Positions 36,591 through 47,041 of a DNA stretch of 64,000 bases are shown here, in pieces (position 1 is the stretch's first letter; every line of letters starts with the position of its first letter). Position numbers and translations under genes: made by a program. This DNA comes from an uncultured Holophagales bacterium. Its GTDB lineage: Bacteria; Acidobacteriota; Thermoanaerobaculia; Multivoradales; UBA5704. Under the pieces are notes generated by a model, which worked only from the letters and a program-made list of their open reading frames with translations, was not told where the DNA came from and did no database searches. The stretch lies in the NCBI GenBank assembly GCA_963842525.1, contig CAWJGT010000003.1, positions 480,001 to 544,000 of the forward strand, in the 5' to 3' direction.

Positions 36591-39500
36591 TTGATCAGAG
36601 ATGAAGTCCAGGAGAAGCACGAGGTCGGCTCCCACGAGGCGTGGTGGGAGAAGGAGGCGGCCTACTGGTCGCAGAAGCTGGCCGACCCGCCTGAGGCCGT
36701 GGGGCTCCCGCTCGACAGGCCCCGCCCTCTTGTCCCGGGTTTCCGGCAGGCTCGCGTGGAGGTCGGCGTCGCAGAGGAGGTCCAGAGGGGTTTGCTGCAG
36801 CTCTGCCAGGGCAACGACACGCTTCTCCTGGTCGCTTTCGTGGCCGTGGTCAAGACCTGGCTGCACAGATCCACGGGCGCCGAGGACATCATTGTCGGTA
36901 CGACGATCCACCGGCGCTACGCGGAGCTCGCCTCGTTCAACAAGGTCTTGTGCCTGCGCAACCGCGTGACCAGCGCCTCGACGCTCAAGGACCTCCTGCT
37001 TCAAGTCAAGGAGACGATTTCAGAAGCGTACGCGTACCAGAAGCTCCCCTTCGATCGGCTGCGCAAGCTCCTGGCACCCGCGCTGCCGGATCCTGTTGGG
37101 CCCCTGTTCCGGGTTGCCGTCCTGATGGAGCAGATCAATGACGTCGCGAGCCTCGAGCGCCTGCTCCCCGATGTGACATGGATCGTGAGCCGGACCGACG
37201 AACGGATCCACTGCCGGATCGAGTACAACGCGGAGCTTTTCCAGGCAGCTTCCGTCCGGGCGTCCGGCGAGGCCTGCATCCGGATCGCATCGGCGCTGGT
37301 CGCGGACCCAAGAGCCCGGATCGGGGAGCTTGCGCTCCTGGCGTCGGAGCGGGAGCGAGAGCTGCTGCACGATTTCAATGCGACCTGTCGGGAGTATCCC
37401 CGGGACTGCACGATCCACGAGCTCTTCGAGCGCGAGGCCGGGCGCTGCGGTGAAAAGACGGCCCTCCTCTGCAGCTCCCTGGAGCTCTCCTACCAGGAGC
37501 TGAACCGCCGGGCCAACCGCCTCGCCCATCACCTGCGCCGGCTGGGCGTTGCAGCGGGTGCGCGGGTGGGGGTCCTGCTCGACCACTCTCCAGAGGCGGT
37601 GATCGCAATCCTCGCGGTGCTCAAGGCCGGAGGGGCCTATGTGCCCTTCGACCCCTTCGCCCCGGCAGAGCGCCTGGCCTTCATGATGGCGGACGCGCAG
37701 ATCGCAGTGCTGCTGACCCAGGACCGGCTGGCGCAGCAGTGCAGCGCCGGCGAAGCCGTGGTCCTCCGCCTCGATGCGGACCGTCAGCTCTTCGCCCAGG
37801 AGAGCACCGAAAAACCGCCGGCCGGCGCCATGCCGCAGGACGTGGCCTACATCATCTACACCTCGGGATCCACCGGGCGGCCCAAGGGGGTCCTGATCTC
37901 GCATTCGTCTCTGGTGAACTACATCTGGTGGTCGAAGGATGTCTATCTGCGCGGCGAGGCGCTGGCGTTTTCCCTGTACTCCTCGCTGGCCTTCGACCTG
38001 ACGATCACATCGCTCTTCACTCCTCTGGTCACGGGCAACCAGCTCGTCATCTATCGCTCCGAGGAGGGCAGGACGCCGGTTCTCGACGTCGTGCGGGACG
38101 ACCTGACAGAGGTCCTCAAGCTGACTCCCAGCCACCTCGCTCTGATCCAGGAGCACGACAACCGAGGGTCGCGGATTCGCCGGCTGATCGTCGGCGGCGA
38201 GGCCCTGGAGACCCGGCTGGCGAGACGAGTGTACGAGAGCTTCGGAGGCAAGATCGAGATCTTCAACGAGTATGGCCCCACCGAGGCCACGGTGGGCTGC
38301 ATGATCTACCGGTTCGATCCTGAGGCGCAGGACCGTGCGTTCGTGCCCATCGGCCGGCCGGCGGCCAATACGCGGATCTACCTCCTCGACGAGGACCACA
38401 AGCCTGTGGGGATGAACGCGCCGGGAGAGCTGTACATCTCCGGGGACGGCGTGGCGCAGGGATACTGGCGCCGCAACGATCTAACGGCCGAGAGGTTCGT
38501 GGCCGACCCCTTCCACGCGGGCGGCCGGATGTACAAGACCGGCGACCTGGCCCGCTGGCTGCCGGAGGACGTGATCGACTTCCTCGGGCGCAAGGACGGA
38601 CAGATCAAGTTCCTCGGGCATCGGATCGAGCTCGACGAGATCCGCTGGGCGTTGGGCCAGCATCGAAAAGTGCGCGACAGCGTGGTCTCGGCCACCGAGG
38701 ACGAGAACGGCAATCGGGTCCTTCTGGCCTACTACGTGGCCCGCGAGGCATTGGACGTCGCGGAGCTGCGGAGCTTTCTTTCGAGCTACATCCCCGAGGA
38801 GACGATCCCAAGCTTCTTCGTTCACATGAAGCGGCTGCCGCTGACGCTCAACGGCAAGTTGAATCATCAGGCTCTGCCATCCCTGAGCGAGGCGAAAAAG
38901 CAGCTCCGGCAGGAGATCGTGGCTCCCCGCAATGCAACGGAGCTGCGGGTCGCGGAGATCTTCCGGCAGGTCCTCGGCCTCCAGCAGGTCGGCATCCACG
39001 AGAGCTTTTTCACCCTGGGCGGCCACTCGCTGCTGGCCACGCAGGTGACATCGCGCGTGCGCGACGGCTTCCACCTGGAGCTGCCGTTACGGGCGTTGTT
39101 CGAGGCCCCGACGGTCGCGGATCTTGCGGCGAAGATCGACGCGGCGAGCCATGCGGGGCATGAGCTCAAGCTGCCGCCTCTGGTGCGCTGTCGGCGTGAC
39201 GGCGACCTGCCGCTCTCCTTTGCCCAGCAGAGGCTCTGGTTCATCCATCAACTGGAGCCCGAGAGCCCGGCCTACAACATCCCGGTTGCGGTGCGCCTGA
39301 CCGGCAAGCTCGACCGGAGGGCCCTGCGAGCCGCCCTGTGCGGGGTGGCGGCACGCCACGAGACCCTGCGTACCACCTTCGGCGACCTCGCCGGGGAGCC
39401 GGTGCAGCGCATCGCGCCGCCGGCGCAACTCGCCACACCGCTCATCGATCTGACGGACCTGGCGACCGCGCAGCGCGAGGCAGAGACACGCCGGCTGGCG

Positions 39501-42500
39501 ATGGAAGAGGAGAGGCGCCCCTTCGATCTGGCGTGCGGTCCCCTCGTGCGCGTCGCTCTGTTGCGTTTGGCTTGCGAGGAGCACGTCCTGCTGTTGACCC
39601 TGCATCACATCGTTTCCGACGGCTGGTCGACGGGCGTGCTGATCCGCGAGATCGGAGCGCTCTACAGGGCCTTCCACGAGGGCCGGCCCTCGCCGTTGCC
39701 GCCGCTTGCGATCCAGTACGCCGATTTTGCTCTCTGGCAACGGACATGGATGTCGGGAGAGGAGCTGGCCACCCAGCTCTCCTATTGGCTGGACCGGCTG
39801 GAAGGCATTCCGGCCGAGATAGGGCTGCCTACGGATCATCCACGGCCTGCGGTGCCCAGCGGGCGTGGCAGCTCCCGGTGGCTCCGGCTGCCCAAGGGTC
39901 TGTCGGATGCGCTGGCGGTGCTCGGCGCGCGGCACGGTGCCACGCTGTTCATGACGCTGCTTGCGGGCTGGAAGGTGCTGCTCTCCCGCTACAGTGGCCA
40001 GACCGACATCGTGGTGGGAACGCCCATCGCCAACCGGAACCGGACCGAGTTGGAGCCCCTGATCGGCTTCTTTGTCAATACCCTCGTTGTGCGGACTGAC
40101 CTTTCGGGCAACCCCGGCTTCCGAGAGCTGGTCGGTCGTGTGCGGGAGGGAACGCTCTCGGCATATACCCACCAGGATCTGCCTTTCGAGAAGCTGGTCG
40201 AGGAGATGGTGCCGGAGCGGGCCTTGGCCCGAACGCCGATCTTTCAGGTGGTGTTCGCGCTGCAGAACGCTCCTGTCGGCATCCTCGATTTGCCCGGTCT
40301 CACCCTGTTCCCGCTTGTTCTCAAAGGAGGCACGGCCAAGTTCGACCTGACGCTCTCCCTCGCCGAGAGCGGGGCTGGGCTGGGGGGCATCCTGGAGTTC
40401 AGCAGTGACCTGTTCGATCCAGTGACCGCGGCGCGTCTCGCCTCTCACTTCGAGACTCTGCTCGCCGCTGTGGCTTTCGATCCGGCGCACCGGATCGAGG
40501 AGCTGCCGCTGCTTGGCCCGGCGGAGCGGAGCCAGTTGCTGCTGGAGTGGAATCAGACGGCTGCGGACTACCCGCACGACGCGACCCTTCCCGAGCTGTT
40601 CGAGGCCCAGGTGCTAAGGACACCGGAGGCCATCGCGATGGTCTATGGCGACGAGGAGCTCACCTACCGCGACCTGAGCCGCCGGGCCGATCGCGTGGCA
40701 CACAGGTTGCGCGCCTGCGGCGTCGGTCCGGAATCGCTTGTCGGGCTCTGCGCCGACCGCTCCGCGGACCTGGTGACGGGCATGCTGGGTATCCTCAAGG
40801 CCGGCGGCGCCTACGTCCCGCTCGACCCGTCGTACCCGCGGGAGCGGCTGGCCTTCATGCTGGAGGACGCCCACGCTTCCATCGTGCTCGCGCACGAACG
40901 GTGGGCCGGTGCGCTGCCCCTGGGCAAGGCGGAGCTGTTGCTCCTCGACGAGGCCGTGCGCGAAGAGGTCATGGAAGGCCAGGGGGAGAGGCTCGCGCCA
41001 GCCGGAGCCATGGCGGAGAGCCTTGCCTATGTGATGTACACCTCGGGCTCGACGGGGCGACCGAAGGGGGTGGCAGTTTCTCATCGCGCCATCGTCCGCC
41101 TGGTCCGCGGCACGGATTACGCCCAGTTGGAGCCTGCGGACCGGATTGCGCAGGTCGCGAGCTCCTCGTTCGACGCGGCGACGTTCGAAATCTGGGGAGC
41201 CCTCCTGAACGGCGCCTGCCTGGTGGGCATCGAATCGCCGGTGGCCCTCTCACCGGGTGCCCTGGCCACCCGCATCGCGGAGCAAAGGATCAGCGCTCTG
41301 TTCCTGACCACGGCGCTCTTCCAGCAGATTGCCCGGGAGGCTCCAGAGGTATTCCGGCCGTTGCGCCATCTGCTCTTCGGCGGTGAGGTGGTGGATCCGC
41401 GATGGGTGCGCGAGGTACTGAAAAAGGGCGCTCCCGAGCGGCTCCTTCACGTCTACGGCCCGACCGAGAGCACGACCTTCTCGTCCTGGTACTTGGTTGA
41501 GCAGGTCCCGGAACGCGCGGCGTCTGTGCCGATCGGTCGCCCAATCCGGAACACCCGGGCCCATGTGCTGGACAGGCATCTGCGCCCCGTCCCCATCGGG
41601 GTGATTGGGGACTTGTACCTCGGCGGAGACGGGCTGGCCCGCGGCTACCACAACCGGCCGGATCTGACAGCGGAGCGCTTCGTGCCTGACCTGTCGGGCT
41701 ACGAGCCGGGAGGGCGGTTCTACGGGACCGGCGATCGGGCGCGCCATCTCGCGGACGGCACGATCGATTTCTTGGGCCGGCTGGACCATCAGGTGAAGCT
41801 GAGGGGGTTCCGGATCGAGCTGGGTGAGGTCGAGGCGGCTCTGGCCGAGCACCCCGGAGTCCGGCAGGTCCTGGTGACGGTCTGGTGGCAGGGAGGACCG
41901 GATGGGAGCGCCGACAGCCGACTGGTGGCCTACGTCGTGGGGGAAGAGGAGAGCGGAGAGCTGCGGCGGCATCTCGAAGCCAGGCTGCCGAGCTTCATGA
42001 TTCCATCCGCCTTCGTCAGGCTGCCGTCGTTCCCCCTGACCTCGAACGGCAAGGTGGACCGGCGATCTCTGCCCGCTCCGGAGTGGGGGAAAGCGGAGGC
42101 GGAGGTCAACTTGAAGGCACCGTGCACACCGGTGGAGGATTTGCTCGCCACACTGTGGTCCGAGGTGCTCGGCGTCGACCGAGTGGGGAACCGAGACGAT
42201 TTCTTCGAGCTCGGAGGGCACTCGCTGCTCGCTACCCGGCTCGTCTCCCGCATTCGGGCCGCTTTCGGGATCGACCTGGCGCTACGAGATCTGTTCGAAC
42301 AGCCCACGATCGCTTCTCTGGCCCCTCTCCTCGAAGACCAGCTCACCAGAGGAAGGAGCTCCGCGGCTCCTCCCATCCGGCCGACTTCGCGAACTGAAGG
42401 CGCTCCGCTCTCTTTCTCTCAGCAAAGGCTCTGGTTTCTCGATCAGCTCAAGCCCGGCAACGCGGCCTACAACATCCCCCAGGCGATGCGTCTGGTCGGA

Positions 42501-45500
42501 CAGCTCGACGAGGCGGCGCTTGCCCTCGCCTTGAAGGAGATTGTGCACCGTCACGAGGCCCTGCGCACCACGGTGTCCGACGCCTCGGGCGAGCCGCAGC
42601 AGGTGGTCGCCTCGGAGGAGGCCTTCTTCCTGCCTCGCATCGACCTCTCGGGTCTTTCCCGCGAGACGCGGCAGCGAGAAGAGAAGCGGTTGATCGAGCA
42701 GGATGCATTGCGATCTTTCGATCTCGCCCGGGGGCCCCTCTTCCGGCCGATGCTGATGAAGCTCGCAGCCGAAGAGCACCTGATGACGGCGACCATGCAC
42801 CACATCGTCAGCGATGGCTGGTCCATGGAGGTGCTCGTCAACGAGACCATCGCCTTCTACCAGGCCTACAGCGCAGGCCTACCGTCACACCTGCCCGAGC
42901 TCCCTGTCCAGTACGCGGACTTCTCCGTATGGCAGCGGGAGTGGCTCGCTGGAGCGGTATTGGAGTCGGAGGTGGACCACTGGAGACAGCGCCTGGAGGG
43001 AGCACCCGCAGTGCTGGAGCTACCGACGGACCGGCCGCGGCCAGCAGAGTGGAGCGGTCGCGGGGCGCAAGCGCTTCTGGTGCTGCCTCCATCGCTCTCG
43101 GGAGCGCTCCGCAGCCTTGCCCGCCGGCAGGCCGTCACTCCATTCATGCTCTTGCTGGCCTGCTTCCAGGGCCTGCTCCACCGGCATTCCCGCCACACCG
43201 ATGTATGTATCGGCACGCCGATCGCCGGACGTAACCGCCTGGAGATCGAGGGGGTGATCGGATTTTTTGTCAACACTCTGGTAATGCGCGTTCAGCTCGC
43301 GGGCGACCCTGAGCTGGCGGAGGTCCTGCGACGGGTGCGCGAATCGGCGCTCGATGCCTACGCTCATCAAGACCTCCCCTTCGAGAGACTGGTCGAAGAG
43401 CTCAAACCGGAGCGGAGCCTCGCCCATTCGCCGCTGTTCCAGGTGATGTTCGCCCTCCAGCCCCCGCCTCGCGGGAAACGTCTCGTACCCGGTCTCTCTG
43501 CCGCTCCGGTTCGGGTCGAGAGCGTGGGGGCCAAGTTCGATCTCAGCCTTCTGATGATCGATAGCGGGGAGGGCTTGGCCGGCGGGCTCACCTATGCCAC
43601 GGACCTCTTCGATGAGACGACGGTCAAGCGTCTGCTGGCACGCTTCGAGACGCTGCTCACGGTACTCGCGGCCGATCCCGGGCAGCGCCTCTCCGAGGCC
43701 GCGTTGATTCCCGCGGCCGAGCGGCAGCAGGTGATCGCCGAGTGGAACGACAGTCAGGCCGAGTGGCCGACCCCGCAGGGGCTTTGCCTGCACGAGCTGT
43801 TCGAACGCCAGGTGGAGAGGGGCCCCGATTCGGTGGCCGTGGTCTTCAACAAAGAGCAGCTCACCTACCGGCAGCTCGACCACAGGGCGAGCCAACTCGC
43901 CCACCACCTCCGCAGGCTAGGCGTGGGGACCGAAGCACGGGTGGCCGTCTGCGTCGAGCGCTCGTGCGAAATGGCCGTGGGGCTGCTGGGTGCGCTCAAG
44001 GCCGGAGCGGCTTATGTGCCCCTGGATCCGGACTATCCCCGGGAGCGTCTGGCCTTCATGATCGAAGATTCGGGAGCCTTGGTCCTGCTGACGCAGGAGT
44101 CCCTCGCCTATGCTGTTTCGCCGGGCGGCACCCGGACGGTCTGCCTGGACGGCGAATGGTCCACCATCGCTGAAGAGCCTGTGGACAGGCCTGTCGGCGG
44201 CGCCACGCCGGAGAGCTTGGCGTACGTGATGTACACCTCTGGATCCACCGGCAGGCCCAAGGCGGTGATGGCGCACCACGCCGGCATTGTCAACCGCCTG
44301 CTCTGGGCACAGCTCACATATCCCGTCACTGAGGCGGATCGGGTGTTTCAGATCGCATCGTTCTCTTTCGATTTCTCGGTCTGGGAGTTCTTCGCGCCTC
44401 TCGCGGCAGGGGCCTGCCTGGTCCTCGCTCTTCCTGGCGGGCATCGAGACAGCACCTATCTGGTGAGGAAGATCGCCGAGGAGGCCGTTTCGATCGTCCA
44501 TTTCACGCCCTCCATGCTGCAGGTGTTCCTGCTGGAGGAGGGGATCGAGAAGTGCCGCAGCCTGCGCCACGTCCTGTCTGGCGGCGAGGCCCTCTCGCGG
44601 GAGGTCGAAGCCCTCGTCTTCTCTCGCACGACGGCGGTCTTGCGCAACCAGTACGGTCCGACCGAGGCATCGATCGATGTGACGGCACGGCTCTGCCGGC
44701 CGGACGATCGCCCGCACCGGACCGTCTCCATTGGCCGGCCGATCGCCAATGGCGAGGTCTATGTTTTGGATGGACACCTGCAGCCCGCGCCGGTCGGGGT
44801 GCGTGGAGAGCTGTATCTGGGTGGTGTGGGTGTGGCGCGGGGATACCTCGGACGGCCTGGCCTCACGGCGGAGAGATTCTCTCCCAACCCGTTCTGTGCG
44901 CGGGCGGGTGGCCGGCTCTACCGGACCGGGGATCTGGCGCGCTGGCTGGCAGACGGCGAGATCGAGTTCCTGGGGCGGCTCGATGACCAGATCAAGATTC
45001 GGGGGCTTCGCATCGAGCTGGGAGAGATCGAGGCTACTCTTGCCGGGCATCCGGGAGTGCGCGAATCCGTGGTTCTGGCTCGGGAAGACGTTCCCGGCGA
45101 AACGCGCCTCGCCGCCTATCTAGTGGCGCGGCCGGAAACGCTTCTCACAGCGGCGGAGCTTCGCGACCACCTGCGGCGGAGTCTGCCAGAGCACATGATC
45201 CCTGCGGCGTTCGTGGTGCTCGATGCGCTGCCGCGCACCTCGAATGGGAAGCTCGACCGCAAGGCCCTGCCGGCGCCGGGCGAGCCCCGGGCCGGAGAGC
45301 GTGGGGCCTCTTCACCACGCACGATCACCGAAGAGATCCTGGCGGGCCTCTGGCAGGAGATCCTGCGGCTCGACCGCACTCTCGGCATCCACGAGAGCTT
45401 CTTTGAGCTCGGAGGACACTCCCTGCTGGCCACCCGGATGCTCTCGCGGGTCCGGGGGGTGTTCGAGGTCGACCTCCCCCTGCGCACCGTATTCGAGTCG

Positions 45501-47024
45501 CCCACCGTTTCCGGTCTGGCCGCCCTCGTCGAGGAGGGGAAGAGAACGGCCCGCGGCCTGCGGATCCCTCCCTTCGAGCCCGTCGCGGCGCGCATCGAGG
45601 CACCCCTCTCCTTCTCCCAGCAGCGCCTCTGGTTCATGGACCAGTTGGAGCCTGGGAATCCTTTCTACAATGTCGCCGCAGCCTTCGACCTGGAGGGGCG
45701 GCTGGATCCGTCGGTGTTGGAGCAGGTCCTCGGCGAGGTCGTGCGCCGGCAAGGCTCGCTGCGTACCGTTTTCGCGAACCGGAGCGGCCAGCCCGTGCAG
45801 CAGGTTCAGCCGTCCGCGCCGGTAACCCTGCCGGTCGTCGACCTGTCCACCCTGGGGGAGGGGGAGCAGCAGGTCGAGGTCCGGAGGCTGGTCGTCCAAG
45901 AGGCGCGGGCCCCCTTCGATCTCGCGTGCGGGCCGCTCTTCCGCATGCGGCTGCTGCGTCTTGGCGGGAGCCGGCACGTCTTCCTCCTGGCCCTGCACCA
46001 CATCATCACCGACGGCTGGTCGACCGGCGTGCTGATCCGCGAGCTCGTGGAGCTGTACGAGAGCTTCTCGCGGGGCGAGAGCTCGCCGCTGGCGGACCTC
46101 CCCCTCCAATACACGGATTTCGCCGTCTGGCAGCAACAGTGGCTGCGCGGGGAGGCCCTGGAGACCCAGCTCGCCTACTGGCGCAGGCAGCTCGCCGATG
46201 CGCCTGCGGTCACCCGGCTCCCCACGGATCGTCCGCGGCCTGCGGCCCAGAGCTACCGGGGAGGCCGGCAGAGGTTCGAGCTGCCGGCCGAGCCGTGCCA
46301 GCGGCTGCGTGAGCTCAGCCGGCGGGAGGGAGTATCCCTGTTCATGACCGTGTTGGCCGCCTACCAGGCCTTCCTGTCCTCCTGCGCGGGAGAGGAGGTC
46401 GTGGTCGTGGGGTCTCCGGTCAGCTATCGCAACTGGGCCGAGGTCGAGGGGCTGATCGGCTTCTTTGCCAACACGCTCCTGTTCCGCGGTGATGTCGCCG
46501 GAAACCCCAGCTTCCGGGAGCTGCTCGGGCGGGTCCGCAAAATGGCGCTGGATGCATTCGCCCACGAGCACGTGCCGTTCGACAAGCTGGTCAGCGAGCT
46601 GCGCCCCGAGAGAAACCTGGGCTACAACCCGCTGTTCCAGGCGGGTTTCGCGTTCCAGACGGCTGCCGAGACCAGCCGCGGGAGATCCGATCTCCTCGTA
46701 CGCCCGTTCGGATTCGAGCTGGAGACAACCCATTTCGATCTCAACCTGGCCGTGGTTGACACCGGCGCGAAGCTGGTGGGCGACCTCCAGTTCAGCCGGG
46801 ACCTCTTCGAAGAGATCACCGTCGACCTGATGCGGGAGCAGCTCCAGGAGCTGATGCAGAGGGTGGGGAGCGATCCGGAGATCCGGATGAACGATCTGAA
46901 GCCCCTTTTGGCAGAAGTGAGCAGGCGGCGGCTGGGTGCGTTGAAGCGGGAGCTCGGCCAGGCCACCACCACACCGGGCCTCAAGAGCGGGAGACGACAG
47001 GCTGTCGTCGTGACCGGGAAGTAA
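36591..47024 (+). CDS. NRPS3: half-C-A(Asn)-T-C-A(Ile)-T-C-A(X)-T-C(terminal)
   Basis: Intact 3477-aa ORF; TTG start is homologous to ATG 26087. Codes DLTKIGEVGK, DAFFLGVTFK, DFWHLGQIDK; three GGHSLLA T domains; terminal C with HHIITDGWS and basic tail ...KSGRRQAVVVTGK. Confidence 0.95.
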   Translation: MIRDEVQEKHEVGSHEAWWEKEAAYWSQKLADPPEAVGLPLDRPRPLVPGFRQARVEVGVAEEVQRGLLQLCQGNDTLLLVAFVAVVKTWLHRSTGAEDIIVGTTIHRRYAELASFNKVLCLRNRVTSASTLKDLLLQVKETISEAYAYQKLPFDRLRKLLAPALPDPVGPLFRVAVLMEQINDVASLERLLPDVTWIVSRTDERIHCRIEYNAELFQAASVRASGEACIRIASALVADPRARIGELALLASERERELLHDFNATCREYPRDCTIHELFEREAGRCGEKTALLCSSLELSYQELNRRANRLAHHLRRLGVAAGARVGVLLDHSPEAVIAILAVLKAGGAYVPFDPFAPAERLAFMMADAQIAVLLTQDRLAQQCSAGEAVVLRLDADRQLFAQESTEKPPAGAMPQDVAYIIYTSGSTGRPKGVLISHSSLVNYIWWSKDVYLRGEALAFSLYSSLAFDLTITSLFTPLVTGNQLVIYRSEEGRTPVLDVVRDDLTEVLKLTPSHLALIQEHDNRGSRIRRLIVGGEALETRLARRVYESFGGKIEIFNEYGPTEATVGCMIYRFDPEAQDRAFVPIGRPAANTRIYLLDEDHKPVGMNAPGELYISGDGVAQGYWRRNDLTAERFVADPFHAGGRMYKTGDLARWLPEDVIDFLGRKDGQIKFLGHRIELDEIRWALGQHRKVRDSVVSATEDENGNRVLLAYYVAREALDVAELRSFLSSYIPEETIPSFFVHMKRLPLTLNGKLNHQALPSLSEAKKQLRQEIVAPRNATELRVAEIFRQVLGLQQVGIHESFFTLGGHSLLATQVTSRVRDGFHLELPLRALFEAPTVADLAAKIDAASHAGHELKLPPLVRCRRDGDLPLSFAQQRLWFIHQLEPESPAYNIPVAVRLTGKLDRRALRAALCGVAARHETLRTTFGDLAGEPVQRIAPPAQLATPLIDLTDLATAQREAETRRLAMEEERRPFDLACGPLVRVALLRLACEEHVLLLTLHHIVSDGWSTGVLIREIGALYRAFHEGRPSPLPPLAIQYADFALWQRTWMSGEELATQLSYWLDRLEGIPAEIGLPTDHPRPAVPSGRGSSRWLRLPKGLSDALAVLGARHGATLFMTLLAGWKVLLSRYSGQTDIVVGTPIANRNRTELEPLIGFFVNTLVVRTDLSGNPGFRELVGRVREGTLSAYTHQDLPFEKLVEEMVPERALARTPIFQVVFALQNAPVGILDLPGLTLFPLVLKGGTAKFDLTLSLAESGAGLGGILEFSSDLFDPVTAARLASHFETLLAAVAFDPAHRIEELPLLGPAERSQLLLEWNQTAADYPHDATLPELFEAQVLRTPEAIAMVYGDEELTYRDLSRRADRVAHRLRACGVGPESLVGLCADRSADLVTGMLGILKAGGAYVPLDPSYPRERLAFMLEDAHASIVLAHERWAGALPLGKAELLLLDEAVREEVMEGQGERLAPAGAMAESLAYVMYTSGSTGRPKGVAVSHRAIVRLVRGTDYAQLEPADRIAQVASSSFDAATFEIWGALLNGACLVGIESPVALSPGALATRIAEQRISALFLTTALFQQIAREAPEVFRPLRHLLFGGEVVDPRWVREVLKKGAPERLLHVYGPTESTTFSSWYLVEQVPERAASVPIGRPIRNTRAHVLDRHLRPVPIGVIGDLYLGGDGLARGYHNRPDLTAERFVPDLSGYEPGGRFYGTGDRARHLADGTIDFLGRLDHQVKLRGFRIELGEVEAALAEHPGVRQVLVTVWWQGGPDGSADSRLVAYVVGEEESGELRRHLEARLPSFMIPSAFVRLPSFPLTSNGKVDRRSLPAPEWGKAEAEVNLKAPCTPVEDLLATLWSEVLGVDRVGNRDDFFELGGHSLLATRLVSRIRAAFGIDLALRDLFEQPTIASLAPLLEDQLTRGRSSAAPPIRPTSRTEGAPLSFSQQRLWFLDQLKPGNAAYNIPQAMRLVGQLDEAALALALKEIVHRHEALRTTVSDASGEPQQVVASEEAFFLPRIDLSGLSRETRQREEKRLIEQDALRSFDLARGPLFRPMLMKLAAEEHLMTATMHHIVSDGWSMEVLVNETIAFYQAYSAGLPSHLPELPVQYADFSVWQREWLAGAVLESEVDHWRQRLEGAPAVLELPTDRPRPAEWSGRGAQALLVLPPSLSGALRSLARRQAVTPFMLLLACFQGLLHRHSRHTDVCIGTPIAGRNRLEIEGVIGFFVNTLVMRVQLAGDPELAEVLRRVRESALDAYAHQDLPFERLVEELKPERSLAHSPLFQVMFALQPPPRGKRLVPGLSAAPVRVESVGAKFDLSLLMIDSGEGLAGGLTYATDLFDETTVKRLLARFETLLTVLAADPGQRLSEAALIPAAERQQVIAEWNDSQAEWPTPQGLCLHELFERQVERGPDSVAVVFNKEQLTYRQLDHRASQLAHHLRRLGVGTEARVAVCVERSCEMAVGLLGALKAGAAYVPLDPDYPRERLAFMIEDSGALVLLTQESLAYAVSPGGTRTVCLDGEWSTIAEEPVDRPVGGATPESLAYVMYTSGSTGRPKAVMAHHAGIVNRLLWAQLTYPVTEADRVFQIASFSFDFSVWEFFAPLAAGACLVLALPGGHRDSTYLVRKIAEEAVSIVHFTPSMLQVFLLEEGIEKCRSLRHVLSGGEALSREVEALVFSRTTAVLRNQYGPTEASIDVTARLCRPDDRPHRTVSIGRPIANGEVYVLDGHLQPAPVGVRGELYLGGVGVARGYLGRPGLTAERFSPNPFCARAGGRLYRTGDLARWLADGEIEFLGRLDDQIKIRGLRIELGEIEATLAGHPGVRESVVLAREDVPGETRLAAYLVARPETLLTAAELRDHLRRSLPEHMIPAAFVVLDALPRTSNGKLDRKALPAPGEPRAGERGASSPRTITEEILAGLWQEILRLDRTLGIHESFFELGGHSLLATRMLSRVRGVFEVDLPLRTVFESPTVSGLAALVEEGKRTARGLRIPPFEPVAARIEAPLSFSQQRLWFMDQLEPGNPFYNVAAAFDLEGRLDPSVLEQVLGEVVRRQGSLRTVFANRSGQPVQQVQPSAPVTLPVVDLSTLGEGEQQVEVRRLVVQEARAPFDLACGPLFRMRLLRLGGSRHVFLLALHHIITDGWSTGVLIRELVELYESFSRGESSPLADLPLQYTDFAVWQQQWLRGEALETQLAYWRRQLADAPAVTRLPTDRPRPAAQSYRGGRQRFELPAEPCQRLRELSRREGVSLFMTVLAAYQAFLSSCAGEEVVVVGSPVSYRNWAEVEGLIGFFANTLLFRGDVAGNPSFRELLGRVRKMALDAFAHEHVPFDKLVSELRPERNLGYNPLFQAGFAFQTAAETSRGRSDLLVRPFGFELETTHFDLNLAVVDTGAKLVGDLQFSRDLFEEITVDLMREQLQELMQRVGSDPEIRMNDLKPLLAEVSRRRLGALKRELGQATTTPGLKSGRRQAVVVTGK

Positions 47025-47030
47025 GGCAAC

Positions 47031-47034
47031 GGAG
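47031..47034 (+). promoter_or_regulatory. Putative ribosome-binding site of NRPS4
   Basis: GGAG 7 nt before ATG 47042. Confidence 0.6.
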
Positions 47035-47041
47035 ATAGCAC

